A DNA stretch of 57,376 nt, filler included, from Bipalium vagum (GCA_037834085.1; 3 parts of 3 records of this genome joined end to end with filler, not necessarily neighbours in it), one strand, 5' to 3'. Shown: positions 12,690 to 26,689, counted from the whole stretch's first letter. The notes: generated from the sequence alone by a model not told the origin. Made by a program: numbers and translations.

Positions 12690-13260
12690 CTGCTTTACGA
12701 TCAATTCACAAATGATCAACAGTTTTCTCATTTTTATCACAACCGATCTATACAAAAGAAATATATATCGTCAACAACTTATTCCCGTGACACGATTATT
12801 CTCTTTGAAAGTACTCTTTTTGGTCTCCTGGTTCACTATAATTTCAAAAATAAGATGATATTCCTGATTGTCAGTAATATACTTATAATGATGTTATTTC
12901 CAAAGTAAACATCGCAAGATAACTCAAGAGATATCACGTGATGTTAGTGTTAAGTCAGAAAAGACTTTATGGTCCATTTCTCTTTGGTTTTTACCCATTG
13001 AAATAGAAAGAGGACAAATGATTTTAAGAGAGCTAATAATTAACCTAAAGGGTTTTAATTTCTACTTATCGCATTAGAAATCTAATAGATGTGTTAATTT
13101 TTGACCGACAATAAAATCATTAACACTATTGAGTATGGTCAATCAACTGAATGAGCTGAATGATGCAGTAGATAAAATACCTTCGGGAATAGGTTATTGA
13201 AAAGGAGTGTCAATTTATCATGATAAATCGAGTCCTCACAAGAAATTAGACATTTTGCTT
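12690..13260. mobile_element. Mariner fragments on both strands
   Basis: Plus strand reads NQLNELNDAVDKIPSGIGY*KGVSIYHDKSSPH. A probable minus-strand N-terminal remnant lies at ~12690-12880. Confidence 0.55.
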
Positions 13261-13499
13261 AATACATTTGTTCGGGTGCGTTTAAAGACTTCTTATAGTT
13301 TTCTTACAAAAACCCGGAAGATCTTTCTATTTTGTTAATTAAAACAAAACAATCAATTCTAAAGACTTCGTTCTCTAAACTCAGAACGATTATTATTTTT
13401 TAAAATATCTAATAAAATAATTATTTTATATGAGGGGAAACCTGGAAACAATAAATGCTAATTATATAAATCTTATAGAACTTTTTCAATTGAAATGGA

Positions 13500-13800
13500 A
13501 AAATCAATTATAGGTGTTCTAAATTAAGGTCAAAATTCACAATAGACCCATCTCCTGGTTTTATTTTTGGTGGTAGCACAGTCAATCATCATTGTTTGAA
13601 TTGATCATTTTGGTTTTCAATATTGTTTTAGATCTTTGACACAGCCTTGACACATTTCTATTTTACCGACTCCCTATCCCTAGCGTTGAGATGATCTGTA
13701 ATTATTGAGGAGATCCTCTCTGGAATCATAATATATCAATATTTGTTAATGAGGTTGTGGCTTTTTAATTGAAAATATTCTTTGTGACATCATCATTTTA
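13500..13800 (-). mobile_element. Tc1 remnant
   Basis: KIKPGDGSIV resembles Tc1 TVKHGGGSVMVW. Confidence 0.35.
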
Positions 13801-13939
13801 TTATTTCTATCTATGGATTAATCATCTTAATATATACTTTATAGGATAATTGAAAAGTTCGTGTAGGGCCACCTTTGATTCAGTTTTATAGCTATAAATA
13901 AAATGCAGTTTTAAATTTCATCATTCATATTACCATAAA

Positions 13940-14830
13940 CAAAATGTCAAGGTCATTTATCAAATAAGTTTTTATTTAATTTAGTTTAAACTTGGTGTAC
14001 TTTTTCAAATGTAAAAAATCGTGTTCTTATTAGAAAAAAGATTTGAAATTTAGGCAAATTCATAAAGAAATAGTAAAAGTATTAGATGATGCTGCATCAT
14101 CAAAATATGATAATTCAACGTTGGCAGCATATCATTAACTGATTAAGTTCATACGTGATTTTATGAAGATTGATCACCGATTAACTTTGAGTCAATTTTT
14201 TTAGGCCATAGATATCTCAACATTCTGAAGGGGAATCAGGCTTTAGAAATCAAAATGTAAGATTGTTTTCGCAAAGAACGCGAGTAACACTATTTTAGTT
14301 TTCTAAAGAATAAGACGGATTGTAAACTTCACCTTTTAACAATCGATGAAACCGGGATATACCTTTATGATCCTCTATTAAGATAGTAAACGGCAGAGCG
14401 GATTGAGTCCGGTTGTTCAGGTCAGAAAATGAAATCGTCGAAAATGGTATGACATCGGTATTTTATGATTCTGATTCAGTCAAAAAAAATAGCGAAACAA
14501 TTTATTGAATGAATTTATGAAGACAAAATTTCAATTAGAAACTTGATAAAGATTTTTGTCATACTAATACGGCTGAAGATCGATATCATTTTGAAAGACC
14601 ACCGAAAGTCACCGAAGTATTGACTAGAAAATGTTCCGTGGTTAATGAAAGGAATTAAAAATAAGAGTTTAGTGTATTGCAACAATGTGGTTCATTTCAA
14701 GTACAGTAACTTATCGAATTTTGACCAGAGGTACTGTTTTTAAAAGAAAACCTTACCGAAAGCTTTGATCGATAGATGATAATCATATTCAACAACAACG
14801 CTAATCATATGGGAAACCCTTAGAATTTTT
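13940..14830 (+). mobile_element. Two degenerate mariner remnants
   Basis: TIDETGIYLYDP (first catalytic D) and ..KMV*TSVFYDS, then later VVHF..RYC..PKALIDR / IIIFNNNANH (corresponding to RPxLxNR..VIFHHDNARPH). Confidence 0.65.
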
Positions 14831-15189
14831 TTTTATAAATGTTATATAATCAAGTCGACGGTTAATTTTTTTGACAATCATTATTTTTGAAACAATTTTT
14901 CTAAAAGATTATATTTTAAGATCTTTTTCTTTCATTCGGTAACAGCAGAAAATAGCACAAGGTCTCATTTCATTTACTAAATTAGCTTTCCTAGGAACAT
15001 TAGTGGGAAAAGTCGAGTGAGAATTCGAAGAGGAAAAGTAATTTTCTTTTCATGCTCAGAATAAAAAAGAATAAAATATGATATCCTTTCTTTTTAATAT
15101 GTCTCTCTATCTGAAATTTTATTGAAGCTCTTTAATTTCCCTTTACACTCTTAAAATTGATTGGTACTAATTACTGAATTAAATTAACA

Positions 15190-15560
15190 AAATGATGACC
15201 GAGGAAAATGAAGAGGAATTCGCATAATTATCAGTACGAGTTTCGACATAGCGAGAAATCAGGCATGGTTCATACTTTATTTATTTTTAACATGTATTTT
15301 GAAAGCGTCCTCCCGGTTCACATAGGCCCAATGGAGATGGTGGCTAAAATTATTCAACGAAATTCTGACAAGCAAATTGAGATAAACCATCATAAATCTG
15401 GAGTTGGCAGAATGGTATGCAAATTTGCATTGTCAAGGGAGCAAGGGATAGAGGATATTAAAAGTTATAAAGAAGTAATTTTTGTTTCTCGGAAATAAAT
15501 GGCTGAAAATGTAAAATTGACGGAAAATTTAATCAAACAATCATAATTTTTTTAAACATT
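15190..15560 (+). mobile_element. Mariner N-terminal remnant
   Basis: ORF 15208-15498 (YEFRHSEKSG...NMYFE...HKSG) follows the mariner YEFxxG..INxxFG..RSGRP pattern. Confidence 0.5.
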
Positions 15561-17063
15561 AGTTCGCTTGAAAAAAAAATAATTGAAATATCGCAACAAT
15601 TTATTAAATATTAAATTTACCTCCATCTCCAATATTTAAAATTAAAATTAAAAATAAATAATTATATAATTTTATATAATAATTATCATCAAGATTTGAT
15701 CTTATTAAATTAATAAAAATTATTAGAATAAAAACAGAAAGTTTATTTATTTTTTGGATAATAAATTAAATGAAAATTTTAAAAGCCAACAACTTTTTTA
15801 AAACAATATACGCAAAAATATGTTTAACAATTTCTGAAATAGATTTGAATTAATATTTATAATTTAAAATATCGCAACGTAATAATAAATTCATTTAACT
15901 TTTATTTAATGTTAATTTTAAACCTGGTGCTAATTATAATATGTGACATGCACGACCTTAAGTCCATACAGTGTGAAAAAAGCTCAATACGTTTTAGACT
16001 ACCTAATATACTATTATATAATAGGCTGTTCCATAAGTAATCTACCATTTTGTAATGAAAAGTTTAATTAAAAATTAAAAAATACTATTGTTAAGTCCCT
16101 AGATGATCGAATAAAAATTAGTAAATTAAGTTAAGAATTTTGATTTTGGATTTTAGGTAACTTAACAATATTTCTAATGATCAGAAGGATTTTTGGAGTA
16201 TAGCTCGGAACTAATGCAAAAATAAGGAAGACTACAATGTTTAGTAAAATCTTATCAAAACTTAAATAATTGAGAAAATATTGAAAACTTATAAAAATAT
16301 ATCAAATAAAGTTACAAATTGAGTTAATAAAGACCTCTAATGATTTAAAGAATTCTGTCACAGTTACCTTGTAAACTGTTAAAAGGCCCTAAGACAATTT
16401 ACCAGCCCTAATCGCTGTGTAAATTACTAACAAAAAGAGAATATAAGAAGATTTTTCAAAAAAGGAATAATTCTAGTTTCAAGCGACTAATGGTTATTGG
16501 AAAGCTGTAATTCTTTTAAAATAGATCTTGTGTAATTTAAATAAAACTAGTCAAGCTTTAAAACTTTAGATCTAATAATAATAGGGGAAAATAATAATAA
16601 CAATAATATTAATAATAATTACTTTGTGACTTCTTGGTTTGAAATTTCAAATCTGATTGTATGATTTTAAAAATTTTGGCAATTGTATTTATATCTGAAT
16701 TCGGACTGTTTGGATATTTTGTTTTGATGGTCTTTGGAATTTAATTTGTCTGCACCTGTCGTCTGATTGTTTTTATCAAAATTTTTGTGTCTGTCATTAC
16801 TTAAATTTGCTGACCTTATATCCTTAAAAGATTATATTTATTTTATTTTCAGAATTTTTTATTTTCAATTTAATATTTTGTTAATTTTTTTACTTTATTA
16901 ATGATTTTTTAATTTTAGTTTCTCTTTTTAGAAATTTTAAGTTTCTAATTTTAGATCTTTAAAATTTTATAATAATTTATAATGGTTAGGGAAATTTAAG
17001 TTTTAGAGGTTTTTTTTCACAACACAAAAATTGATCATGTCAATTAATAGTTTTGTATTGATA

Positions 17064-17930
17064 TCAGAAAAATAGTTTTTTGTTAATTTTTTCCAGTCTC
17101 CTCACTACAAATTTAATATTATATATAAGAAGTCCGTATAAATATACAAAGACATAAATGAATAAGAAATATATTATTTGTTTTCTTCGATTTAACAATT
17201 TATTTATGTCCTCAGTAAAGAATTCGTTTGGGTGGTGACTGAAATACTTTCCTAGGTGATTTTCGATACATAAATATTTAATATATTTAAAATTCTTTGT
17301 ACCTTTATTATTGTTTAGAAATAGCAAAAGAAAGTGATCTGAAGAGGCGGTATTAAGATAATATGAAATGTAACCTAGAATATCCAATCGTATTTCTGAA
17401 TTATTTTTCAGTGAACTCAATACTATATGAGATCTGGTGTTATCATGGTGACATTTAAATTGTTTTCAATTAACAATTTGCCAACATTTTTATGTAATAC
17501 ATCTTTCTGATTGTCCAGCTGATGACCACACTAAGCAGTTTAAATGGTTGTATTTCTATACTAAAGCTCAATAAATAATATCTTTCAAATCTTAACAAAC
17601 CGAAATTAACCCTTTAGGTTGGCGTTTTGTAGAATCTTTTAGCTTTATTCAATCTGTTGTGATTAATATTTTTATGGAAGATAAAATGAATTATCCTCTT
17701 TTTTTATTACCAAATTGCAAATAGAACTCCTATCATTGTTTTTGTTATTTTAGAGTGTATCAACGTGTCCTAACTAGAAATATGTCAAAGTTTTGTTAAA
17801 TGATAATCACAAATACCTTTCTCGCTTTTAATGTCTGATATCTTTCTATTTTTCATTGATTTTTTCCTGAATTAAGGTCACCATAAGTTCATAATTGACA
17901 GTTGATGATCGTCCTTTGACTTTTGAGATT
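17064..17930 (-). mobile_element. Degenerate mariner
   Basis: HDNTRSH, NTASSDHFLLLFLNN and NEFFTEDINKLLNRRKQII. Confidence 0.8.
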
Positions 17931-18450
17931 AAAAAAAAGAAAAACCCAGTAAATTATGAAAACAGACAAAGAACTTTGTTCGTGAATGATAAACATTTTG
18001 TCTTCAGGTAGCAAAATAATAAACTGAAAAATATTCTCATTATCATCGAATATTTTGAAGTATGTTTACTAAAAATGTTATCTGATTTATATATTTCAAA
18101 ATGCGGTGCACTCATTCATTATTAAAACAAAGTTATGTAATCCAAATAGAATGATTTTCTGTTAATAATTACTTGTTATGATATATAATATAATATTTAT
18201 ATATAATATAAAAATATGTAATACTTATTAATTTCCAAATATATAAAACCAATAAGAAAAATTAAAATTCTCTATTTTTAGACTCACTCAAGGCTCTGAG
18301 AGCTCTCTGGTTGCCAAAAACCAAGATACAGCAAATAGTTATAAATATCTATTTTGAAAATTTTTTGAAAGATTGTCAAGAGAGCTATTGATCAATCGTG
18401 CCTAAGAAAAATGTTTATCGAAACAGCATAATGGAAAAGTATTTCAATTT

Positions 18451-18451
<1 letters not shown>

Positions 18452-18521
<70 letters not shown>
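18452..18521 (+). repeat. (AAT)n microsatellite at a contig end
   Basis: About 23 perfect AAT units running into the N linker; AAT continues after the linker. Confidence 0.95.
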
Positions 18522-18621
18522 NNNNNNNNNNNNNNNNNNNNNNNNNNNNNNNNNNNNNNNNNNNNTTAATTAATTAANNNNNNNNNNNNNNNNNNNNNNN
18601 NNNNNNNNNNNNNNNNNNNNN
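18522..18621. other. Artificial assembly linker N44-TTAATTAATTAA-N44
   Basis: Exactly 100 nt with a six-frame-stop core at 18566-18577; an identical copy lies at 38910-39009. Confidence 0.95.
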
Positions 18622-19859
18622 ATAATAATGATAATAATAATATTAAATAATTTTTAAAATTTCAGGGATAAACAAATAATTTATTGATTTAGTATAAATG
18701 AAAAAAGATGTAGTTTTCGTTAAGTTGGAATAATGTGGCTTAGGAAAAATTGAGTTCCGAGTCCCCTTCTGAGTTTCTGAGATTATGAAATGATTGAAAA
18801 TCTATAATAGAAATTAATTTATCAACAAAAATTGATTAGGTTTTCCTGTTTTCACCGTTTTCATTAAACTCTTCAGTTATATATATCTTGTAAACAAAAA
18901 CAGCCTATTTTGGATTAAGTCAAGTTTTTTCCCCTTTTTTTAATCATAAATAAATTATGCTTCACCGATTTATGAATGACATTTATCCAATCTATAAATT
19001 AAATGGGAAATAAAAGTAATAAATAATTAATTATATTTTTTAATAAGCTCTATTGATAGGCAGAGCAGAATAAGTCCAATTAAACCAATCGACATTGCAA
19101 TGAGAGCTTTCACCGAAAAGACTGAATATTTTGCTAAAGGATATTTTATATTTGATCTTAATCTTTCATTCATTTTCACAATTTTATCATCTCTCGTTTC
19201 TGAACAACCAACCGTCAAAGATGCTTGGTTCTTTGATGTTTGATGTAGGAAATCATGATGAAGCTTGCAATTGTCAACTCCTCTATTTCAGAGATCTGCT
19301 CCTTTCATTTTTAAGAAAGCAAATTCCACCCATTACACCGCCTATGAAGAAAGATTATTAATTTTCCTCCTCATGACACATCTGATATTTTTATCTGAAG
19401 ATTTCTTTTTTAATTTTCTCTTATTTTTTCATTATTTTATATAAATATTTATTTATTAGAATTTATAAATTAAAACATATTTGATTAAAATAGGCATAAT
19501 TAAATATTTAATTTAGCAGTAAACCTATAATAATAATAATAATTATAATTATTATTATTATTATTATTTATTATAATTATTTACGTAACTATCTATGTAA
19601 TGTTACTATTTGAATGTTAACCATTTAATTCTGACTCCCAAATATTTTATTTTGACTAGCTTTAAATGAAAATAAAAAAAGATAACAGTAAATTTATTAA
19701 ACGCAAATACAAAATCACGAAAATATCAATTCTAAATCACAAAAACGCTTTTGAATAGCCCACTGAAATAATTCGTAAAAAGAAGTGAATACTTAATCAG
19801 TTACTGTTATTAAGCTCCAAATTAAAATAACGAGAGTGTAAATATGGTGATGGCTTGGA

Positions 19860-20360
19860 AAGGAATAGAGTAAAATGATAGTTTTTGATCATAAATCATA
19901 TTATTTTTCTAGAAAATCTTCTTGTAGCTCAATATATTTAGTCCAAGGTGTTTCTTGCAATTGGATACCTTACAATCAATGACTCTTATAAACACTTGTA
20001 AAATAGCTATATACACCTTTAATAAGCTTTTGACATAAAAATTTGTTCTGATTTGAGAAAAGAAATACATCTGCAATCAAATATAGTGAAAAAGATAAAG
20101 CAAATTTCAAATCCTTTAATTTTATCATGTTCAAAAACCTTTTGTAGGCTTATTACTGGAGGTCTTTCTTGATCAAGGTAATTTTTATTCAATTGTGCAG
20201 ATTTGTTACGAATATTGTACACATCTTTAACTGTTCATATAAGACCAGCCAAACTCGTTTAACTGAAATGAAAGACAAAACTTAATTTTCTCACCCATTT
20301 TCGCTGATCATCCAAGACCATTTCATGAATTTCGGAGAGTGCATGATGTCGCCGCAGTTT
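19860..20360 (-). mobile_element. Tc1/mariner N-terminal remnant
   Basis: LDQERPPV (DxxRSGRP-like) and KHLGL within a degenerate frame. Confidence 0.45.
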
Positions 20361-20419
20361 TCGACGTATGAAAAGAATCGAAACTGAAAAAGCTATTTAA
20401 CAACTATTGAAAAAGAAGA

Positions 20420-20797
20420 AATACACTCTTGTAATACTTAGACAATCTTTCTATAAATTTCTGTTGTTGATAAACCTTCAAGGACAAATAATTTTAGGAT
20501 CCCCGATATTCAATTTTCCATTTCAAAATCAATGCTGTCAATGCAAATTTAAATATCTAATTTAAACAACTCACTTTAACTGCATTATTATTAAAGATAG
20601 AATATTTGCTTTAAGTGTGCAATGGAAGCAATTTTAGTTTGGGAAAATATTTTATAAATTATTTTATAAACAAATATTTTTTTGTAATTATTTAAAAGTG
20701 AAATAAAATATTTTCTCACAATGAAATTACTGAAAATTACAAAATTCCCAAAACAAGCAAGTACAATCAATATTATTGTCAGAGTAACAGTATTCAT
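20420..20797 (-). pseudogene. Possible class A / Srsx-like chemoreceptor GPCR pseudogene, antisense within the cyclase gene
   Basis: TM1-like IILIVLACFGNFVIFSNFIVRK carries the GN motif. It is followed by IASIAHL, NCFH and ICIDS (IGIDR-like) in different frames, with stops. Confidence 0.35.
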
Positions 20798-21124
20798 AGT
20801 TTTTATTAATCTAATTATATTTTCACTGAATAAATAATTAATTTCGTTTTTTCAAAAAAAATTTAATAAACGAAAATTTATACTAAAAACTAATTAAAAA
20901 TAAGGGAAATTGATTTTTTCCTTTCTTAAAAAAGGTATTTTTATTTTCTAAATCTGTTTTTGTTAAATCATTTCACTTTAAACAATTGTATTTTATTTAT
21001 TTATTTTTTAATTTTAAAATATAAATATTAATTTATAATGCATATTATATGAATATATAAATATATAAAATGCATTTTATTTATTCTATAATAAAAATGA
21101 AGAAAATTTATATTAGAATAAAAA

Positions 21125-21500
21125 TGTTTTTTCCATTTGATCCTCAGAAATCATCGGGTTTCGTATCAATAAATTCCTCTAATGTATTTCCACTGAAAAA
21201 TGATGAATTAATCTTTTTCTGTTTAACTATGAAAGTGTTCGAAAGATAATAATAATATAATAAAAATAAAATCAACTTTTGCAACCTCTCATTTGAATGC
21301 AATGTTATGATAGGGTTTTGTCCTTTAATTAATGATACTTTTTGTACATAAAAACGTTTCTCCTGAGAATCTGTCCTAAAAATGTATATCATTTTCGTAC
21401 TGAAGAAAGTCGTTTGACCTCTCCTCAAAGCCTGGTTTAGCAGATTTAGCAATTTTTGATTTTTGCTCAAAGAATTCCATTGCGATTTTACCAGTTAAGT
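21125..21500 (-). mobile_element. Mariner 3' remnant
   Basis: NPIITLHSNER and NTLEEFIDTKPDDF. Confidence 0.6.
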
Positions 21501-21559
21501 GCTCCAAGGATCAGACATTTCATAATATACTTTCATTTACCAACAAATTAAATGTGTCG

Positions 21560-22005
21560 GAATAATTCATTATATTTTTGAAAAATTGATATTTTTTAAC
21601 TTTATCTGGCACCAAACCATCGCAAAAATTCCATTCAAAAAATATTACGGAAAGTCATACGTTTTTGTCAAACTTTGTTATTGACAAATCCCATTGGGGG
21701 ATTCTACCTAATCCCGAATATTCTGATGATCTAGGCTCGACGGTTTTCAGTTCTTCGATCTTTATTGAATGGTATGCATGCAATCTCACTATGATAGGAC
21801 ACGGACACTTGCAAAATTATTTCGAGAAAATGTTTCCATCAAGACTAGAATTTTTCAACGTAGAATCTTAAAGCTATTTTTGTTGTAGGGAAGTAAGAAA
21901 CATTGGAGGACAATATAAATTTAATAAATTATGTTTCTTCTTCAGATATTATTAGTGTTTTTTAATTTTATTGGAAACTGGCAGAATTTATGCATCAGTC
22001 TAATA
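21560..22005 (+). mobile_element. Mariner 3' remnant with TIR
   Basis: WGILPNPEYSDDLGST, ending in the TIR-like AAACTGGCAGAATTTATGCATCAGTCTAATA. Confidence 0.7.
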
Positions 22006-22074
22006 CCAAGGATAACATCTAATCTAGGCGAGAAGTATGTCATATAAGTGAATAAATTATCTTCTATAAACACT

Positions 22075-22815
22075 ACTATGTTCAAAAAGTAGGGAAGTTC
22101 AAATAAATGTTGTGTTCCAAAAAAACTGTAATTTCCATATTACAACATTCATCTATCTTTTTGTCGAATTTCATTTTGATGTCAAATAACCGATAAGTAA
22201 CAGTTGTTTATTTACATCAATTAGTTGACCTTTGACGATTTTTTAAAATGTCTATTATATAGCAAAGAAGTTGCATTAGGTTTATTTTCAAAAAAATGAA
22301 ATCAATGCCAAAGAACTTTTCAAATAATGGACACAGCAATCGGTCATCAATGCTTATCCAAAAAATACATTAAAATACATTTCAAAGTACCAGAGCTTAC
22401 AGATTATGTAGGCATAGCCATAGGTTCACTATATGCAGTTTTTAAGTGACTTATTGCAATGAGAAATAAGCAATACAGTGTAAATGAATACTACAGTGAC
22501 GTCATCATCGATAATTTTAACTTTGTTGAGGTATTTTAGAAGAAATGAAAACTAATTGCTAAAAAGTCACATCCAGTCCTCCGTTGTAATTTAGCATCAG
22601 CCAGATGAAAGAAACGTTTCTTCATTTGATATGGCAATACGAATTATATTTTCTCAAATGAAATCCAATAAAGTTTAAGAAATGAAAATAAGGTGAAAGA
22701 AACATTTGTCTCTGATTTGAATCTTCCAATTTTGAATTTTACTTCTTTAAACTGGTGTGCCAATTTAAAAAGTGGTACACGAATAGTTTCCTAGTTCCGC
22801 TTTGAACTTTCGTTT
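22075..22815 (+). mobile_element. Highly degenerate mariner
   Basis: Scattered mariner-like N-terminal, ELGIA.GS.YAV and C-terminal F*TGV..LKSG remnants. Confidence 0.45.
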
Positions 22816-23433
22816 GTAAAAAATGATGCAACTATCATGTCAATATATACTTATACCTGATATACCTCCCATTGTGAAAAATGTAATATTGACAAATTTA
22901 ACAATCATCTCTAAAATCTTCTACTTAAAATATCGTATCATCATTTTGACTAAAATATTTTATTAATTTCAGAGTATATTATACCAATGATAATAATATT
23001 ATTATTAGTTTATTTTATTTAATTTTTTTTATTATTTTTATTAATTTATTTTTTATCATTATTACTATTATTAGTTTATTTTATTTTAATATTATTATTT
23101 CTTAGGAGAATATATCGCTTTTGATTAAAAACAGTGCTAATCATAAATGCTTGAGAGAATAATAAAGCGTTTATTGTCTTTATTCCATCAGTAATAATAA
23201 AATATTCCAATTTATCACAACATTAATTTTAGAGGTATGAGGAACGTAAAATAGAAACCATATCGCTTGAGATATTTTTCGAATAATTATGAATTAACAA
23301 TGCAATTATTTTTTTCCAAAGCACAATCTTTTTACTATTCATTATAAGTTTCTGGAATTCATTCATTTGTGTTTTAATTGATTGCAAATTTTCGTTATTC
23401 TTCTTTATTTTAGCAAGAAAAATTCTTTTATCT

Positions 23434-23593
23434 NNNNNNNNNNNNNNNNNNNNNNNNNNNNNNNNNNNNNNNNNNNNNNNNNNNNNNNNNNNNNNNNNNN
23501 NNNNNNNNNNNNNNNNNNNNNNNNNNNNNNNNNNNNNNNNNNNNNNNNNNNNNNNNNNNNNNNNNNNNNNNNNNNNNNNNNNNNNNNNNNNNN
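23434..23593. other. Scaffold gap (160 N)
   Basis: Run of N with no linker core. Confidence 0.97.
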
Positions 23594-24265
23594 TTATTAT
23601 AAAAATTGAGAATTTCTTTGAAATTCACTTTATTCCTTAAAGAATAATAATATTATTAATTTTATTTTTTAAAACTGGTGAAAGTGTAATCGTAACGGTT
23701 TCCTTCCTGAATGACGCTATAATTGATAATAGTGCTCCATTTATATTAAAGATCATAAAGAAGAAAACCATATTCCAGACTTTCTCTTTAAAATTGCTTA
23801 CTTTATTAAAATTATTTTTAAAGAAAATTTAATATTATATAAAAATAATATTTTATTTCTGTTCTCACCAATAATAAAAACAATAATTTAGAGTTGCCTA
23901 AAGTAAATATTACAATTTTTATTGGCTAAAAAACAAAAAATTAATCAAATAAATATAACAAAAAAATTGATTAATGAAAAATTAGAAATTATTTTTTTAA
24001 AAAACTTTATTTTTTAATGCTATAATAAAAAAATAATATTTATTTATAATATGAAATAAATAAATCCATGATAGTTTTATGCGTGAAAAAAGAAGAATAT
24101 CCGAATGTTGTTATGATGATGGTACTTGAATGAAAATTTAATATTCCAGTTATTAATAATCTTTTTAATTAATTGAAAATAAAAGTAATTATTTCTTCAA
24201 ATTAAGAAAGGCATTATTTTTATTGTTGAAGAGGTTATTAAGAACGAGCCATGTAGGAAGACTAA

Positions 24266-24531
24266 GAACAATGTGAATTGAATAGTGAATTGAAGAGGAG
24301 TGGTGATGGACATGTTGTGATGCCATTTTTCTGCTGTACTTACCAAAATGCTGTGGTAGTGTCTTCGTAACTAATGTGAATAAGAGGAATTCTCTTTTTT
24401 CAGCTCACAAAAAATAACTGTTTTACCTAGGTCGTATGTAAGAATTTTATAAAATTTTCATTTTTTACTTTTGTTTAAAGGAATATGTCACACCATCATT
24501 TTTTCCTTTGGATACTACATCTGAAATAGAA
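24266..24531 (+). other. Three divergent cyclase exons (24266-24366, 24404-24437, 24481-24531)
   Basis: GT-AG introns of 37 nt (gtaact...ttttttcag) and 43 nt (gtaaga...tttaaag), then donor gtaagg. The phases are compatible and read EQCELNSELKRSGDGHVVMPFFCCTYQNAVVVSS|SQKITVLPRSY|EYVTPSFFPLDTTSEIE. Confidence 0.5.
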
Positions 24532-25949
24532 GTAAGGAAAGATTGAGGGTTGGCATCATTTAAAGGTTTCCAGCTCAGGTATTTTCTAGGTGTTTAAGTA
24601 GTGAGATTTTGATTATACATAATTATTGCGCCGGAATTAAACAAAATTCATATCGACCAATCTTCTACTTGATAAATGGTATCACATTGACACCTTTTGA
24701 GAAACCTATGATGTCTCTAGCATCTTGAATGAACTAAAGTCTTATTTACTGTTTCAGGAAGAGAAGATATATTGCATTTATTAATGTTACAATATTATAA
24801 AAAATAAGATAATACTAATGGTAATTTTAAAGATCGCCGAAAATGTTTAACTTAAAGCTGATAATGAAAATCTTCTTTGATAAATCATAAATTGAATGTC
24901 TAAGACTTACAAGCAACAGTTAGTTAAATCAAGCAACAAAAGTGATATTCGATTATTGCATGAGGCACGCGGTCAATATATTACAATGAATAAATAAGCT
25001 TAAGAATTTTTTATTTTAAATGTTGTGATTTTATGGTTTTCAAAGCCTTTTTTTCCATATTTCTTTTAATATTCTTCCGAATTTTTCTTTGAGCACATCA
25101 TTTCTTGAAGACTTATTAGAGACTTTGTACATTTAACAATATATTTTATTATTTTATGACCCAAGATACGTATTTTTTCCTACACCTTTTAATGTTAAGC
25201 CTTTTGAACAAATAATAAAAGAGGTCCAAATGGAATGCTCTACTATTTGGAAACTTATCTCGGTTCCTGAAGTCTTACAACAAAATAATATTTTTTATTT
25301 TTTCTAATTATTATTATTATTTTATTTGAAATCATTTTTATTTATTTAATATATATCTTTAATTATTTTTATTCCATTTGCAATTTTGAGAAATAAATTA
25401 ATAAAATATCACGATTTTTAATCAAGAGTACATAATTTAGCTTTTGGCGACCTATTGAGTTTTGTATTTTAATTTATTGTTTTAATTGGTTGTCAGATCT
25501 GTTTGCTGATAACATTTGTATAATAAATTATTTTAAAAGCAAAATTTTAATTAAATTTGATTCCTAATTGAAATTATTTTCTCTCTGAATACAGAAAGAA
25601 ATATTAAATTGATTATAGTGTCCCCATCCGTCCTACAATAACAATTAAGTGTTTTTATACGAAACTCAGAGATTTTAAAATAATTAGAATAATTTTTACA
25701 ATGCCTGCTAATATTGTTCCCAAATTAAAAATATTCATAAAAAGAAATTTTTATATTCAAAATTGATAAATTTTATATTTTTCGACATTTGCAGACGTTA
25801 TTGATCTTTTTTCTTGAAATCATTTTGGTTGTTTTCCAGTAAACTTTGTATTAGGCCATAATAAGTGCAAAATTGTATTAATTGTCACCATTACTAGTTC
25901 AAATATACAATTGAAACATACCTGATTATCGTTTACTATTAATAAATTA

Positions 25950-26456
25950 AGTTGTATAATTAAATTGGTGGCTTATGACCTGTATTATTCATTATGAGTT
26001 CTTGGAACTGTCATTGTGAAATCATATTGTCGTCAACTCGATGCTTGTCTTAAAAACTGAAGAAAAAGCTGCCTTGGTGAGTCACAGCTGTCCTTTACTT
26101 TTACAAAATCGGCTGCACGTTGCTAAATTAACTCTACAAAAAATTACAGAACTGAATTAGGAAACTTTACATCACCCATTTATTCCCCAGATATCACCAC
26201 AGTTTATCATCTATTCTTGAAACTTGACAATTTCATACAAAATAAAGAGTTCGAAAATCAAGATGATATTCAACATACCTTCGCCTCTTTTATTGAATTC
26301 CGTGAATCAGACTTTTCAGAAATGGTATAAAGAAAATCGTAGGACGTTGGCAAAGTATTGTAGTCGTCAATGGTGCATACTTTGATTAATAAAATTTCTC
26401 TTATTAACTTTGGTTTTGTGAAATGGAAAAGCGACAAACTTTTCCTTAAACCTGTT
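25950..26456 (+). mobile_element. Mariner 3' half within the last cyclase intron
   Basis: ETLHHP/YSPD, EFENQDDIQHTFASFI and NGIKKIVGRWQSIVVVNGAYFD*. Confidence 0.85.
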
Positions 26457-26689
26457 AATTAAATAATTTTAATATAAAATAATAGTAATTTAATACCATT
26501 TTAATATTCATTTAATATTTTTATTGCTGATTTAATATTACTTTAATATCCAATTAACCTTTTTCAGTTAATTAAATATTTTAATCACATTTGTAACACA
26601 TTAACCTATCAAAAAATTAAATTTTTAATTATTTCTTATTAATAATTAACTATTTTCTTCGAATTTCTAATTTATTTGAAATGTTTTAG

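Noticed and set aside
14757-14818. Cys-loop receptor-like motif FPYD*RCC*I*LSS on the minus strand
   Set aside because: It is the reverse complement of a plus-strand mariner remnant (PKALIDR / IIIFNNNANH). It lacks the first loop Cys, has three stops and has a weak acceptor.
18566-18577. TTAATTAATTAA palindrome inside the N runs
   Set aside because: It is an artificial six-frame-stop spacer, repeated identically at 38954-38965.
19027-19218. Minus-strand ORF with a C-terminal TM segment resembling a viral glycoprotein tail
   Set aside because: The opposite strand matches cyclase kinase-homology motifs in the expected position, so this is probably an antisense shadow.
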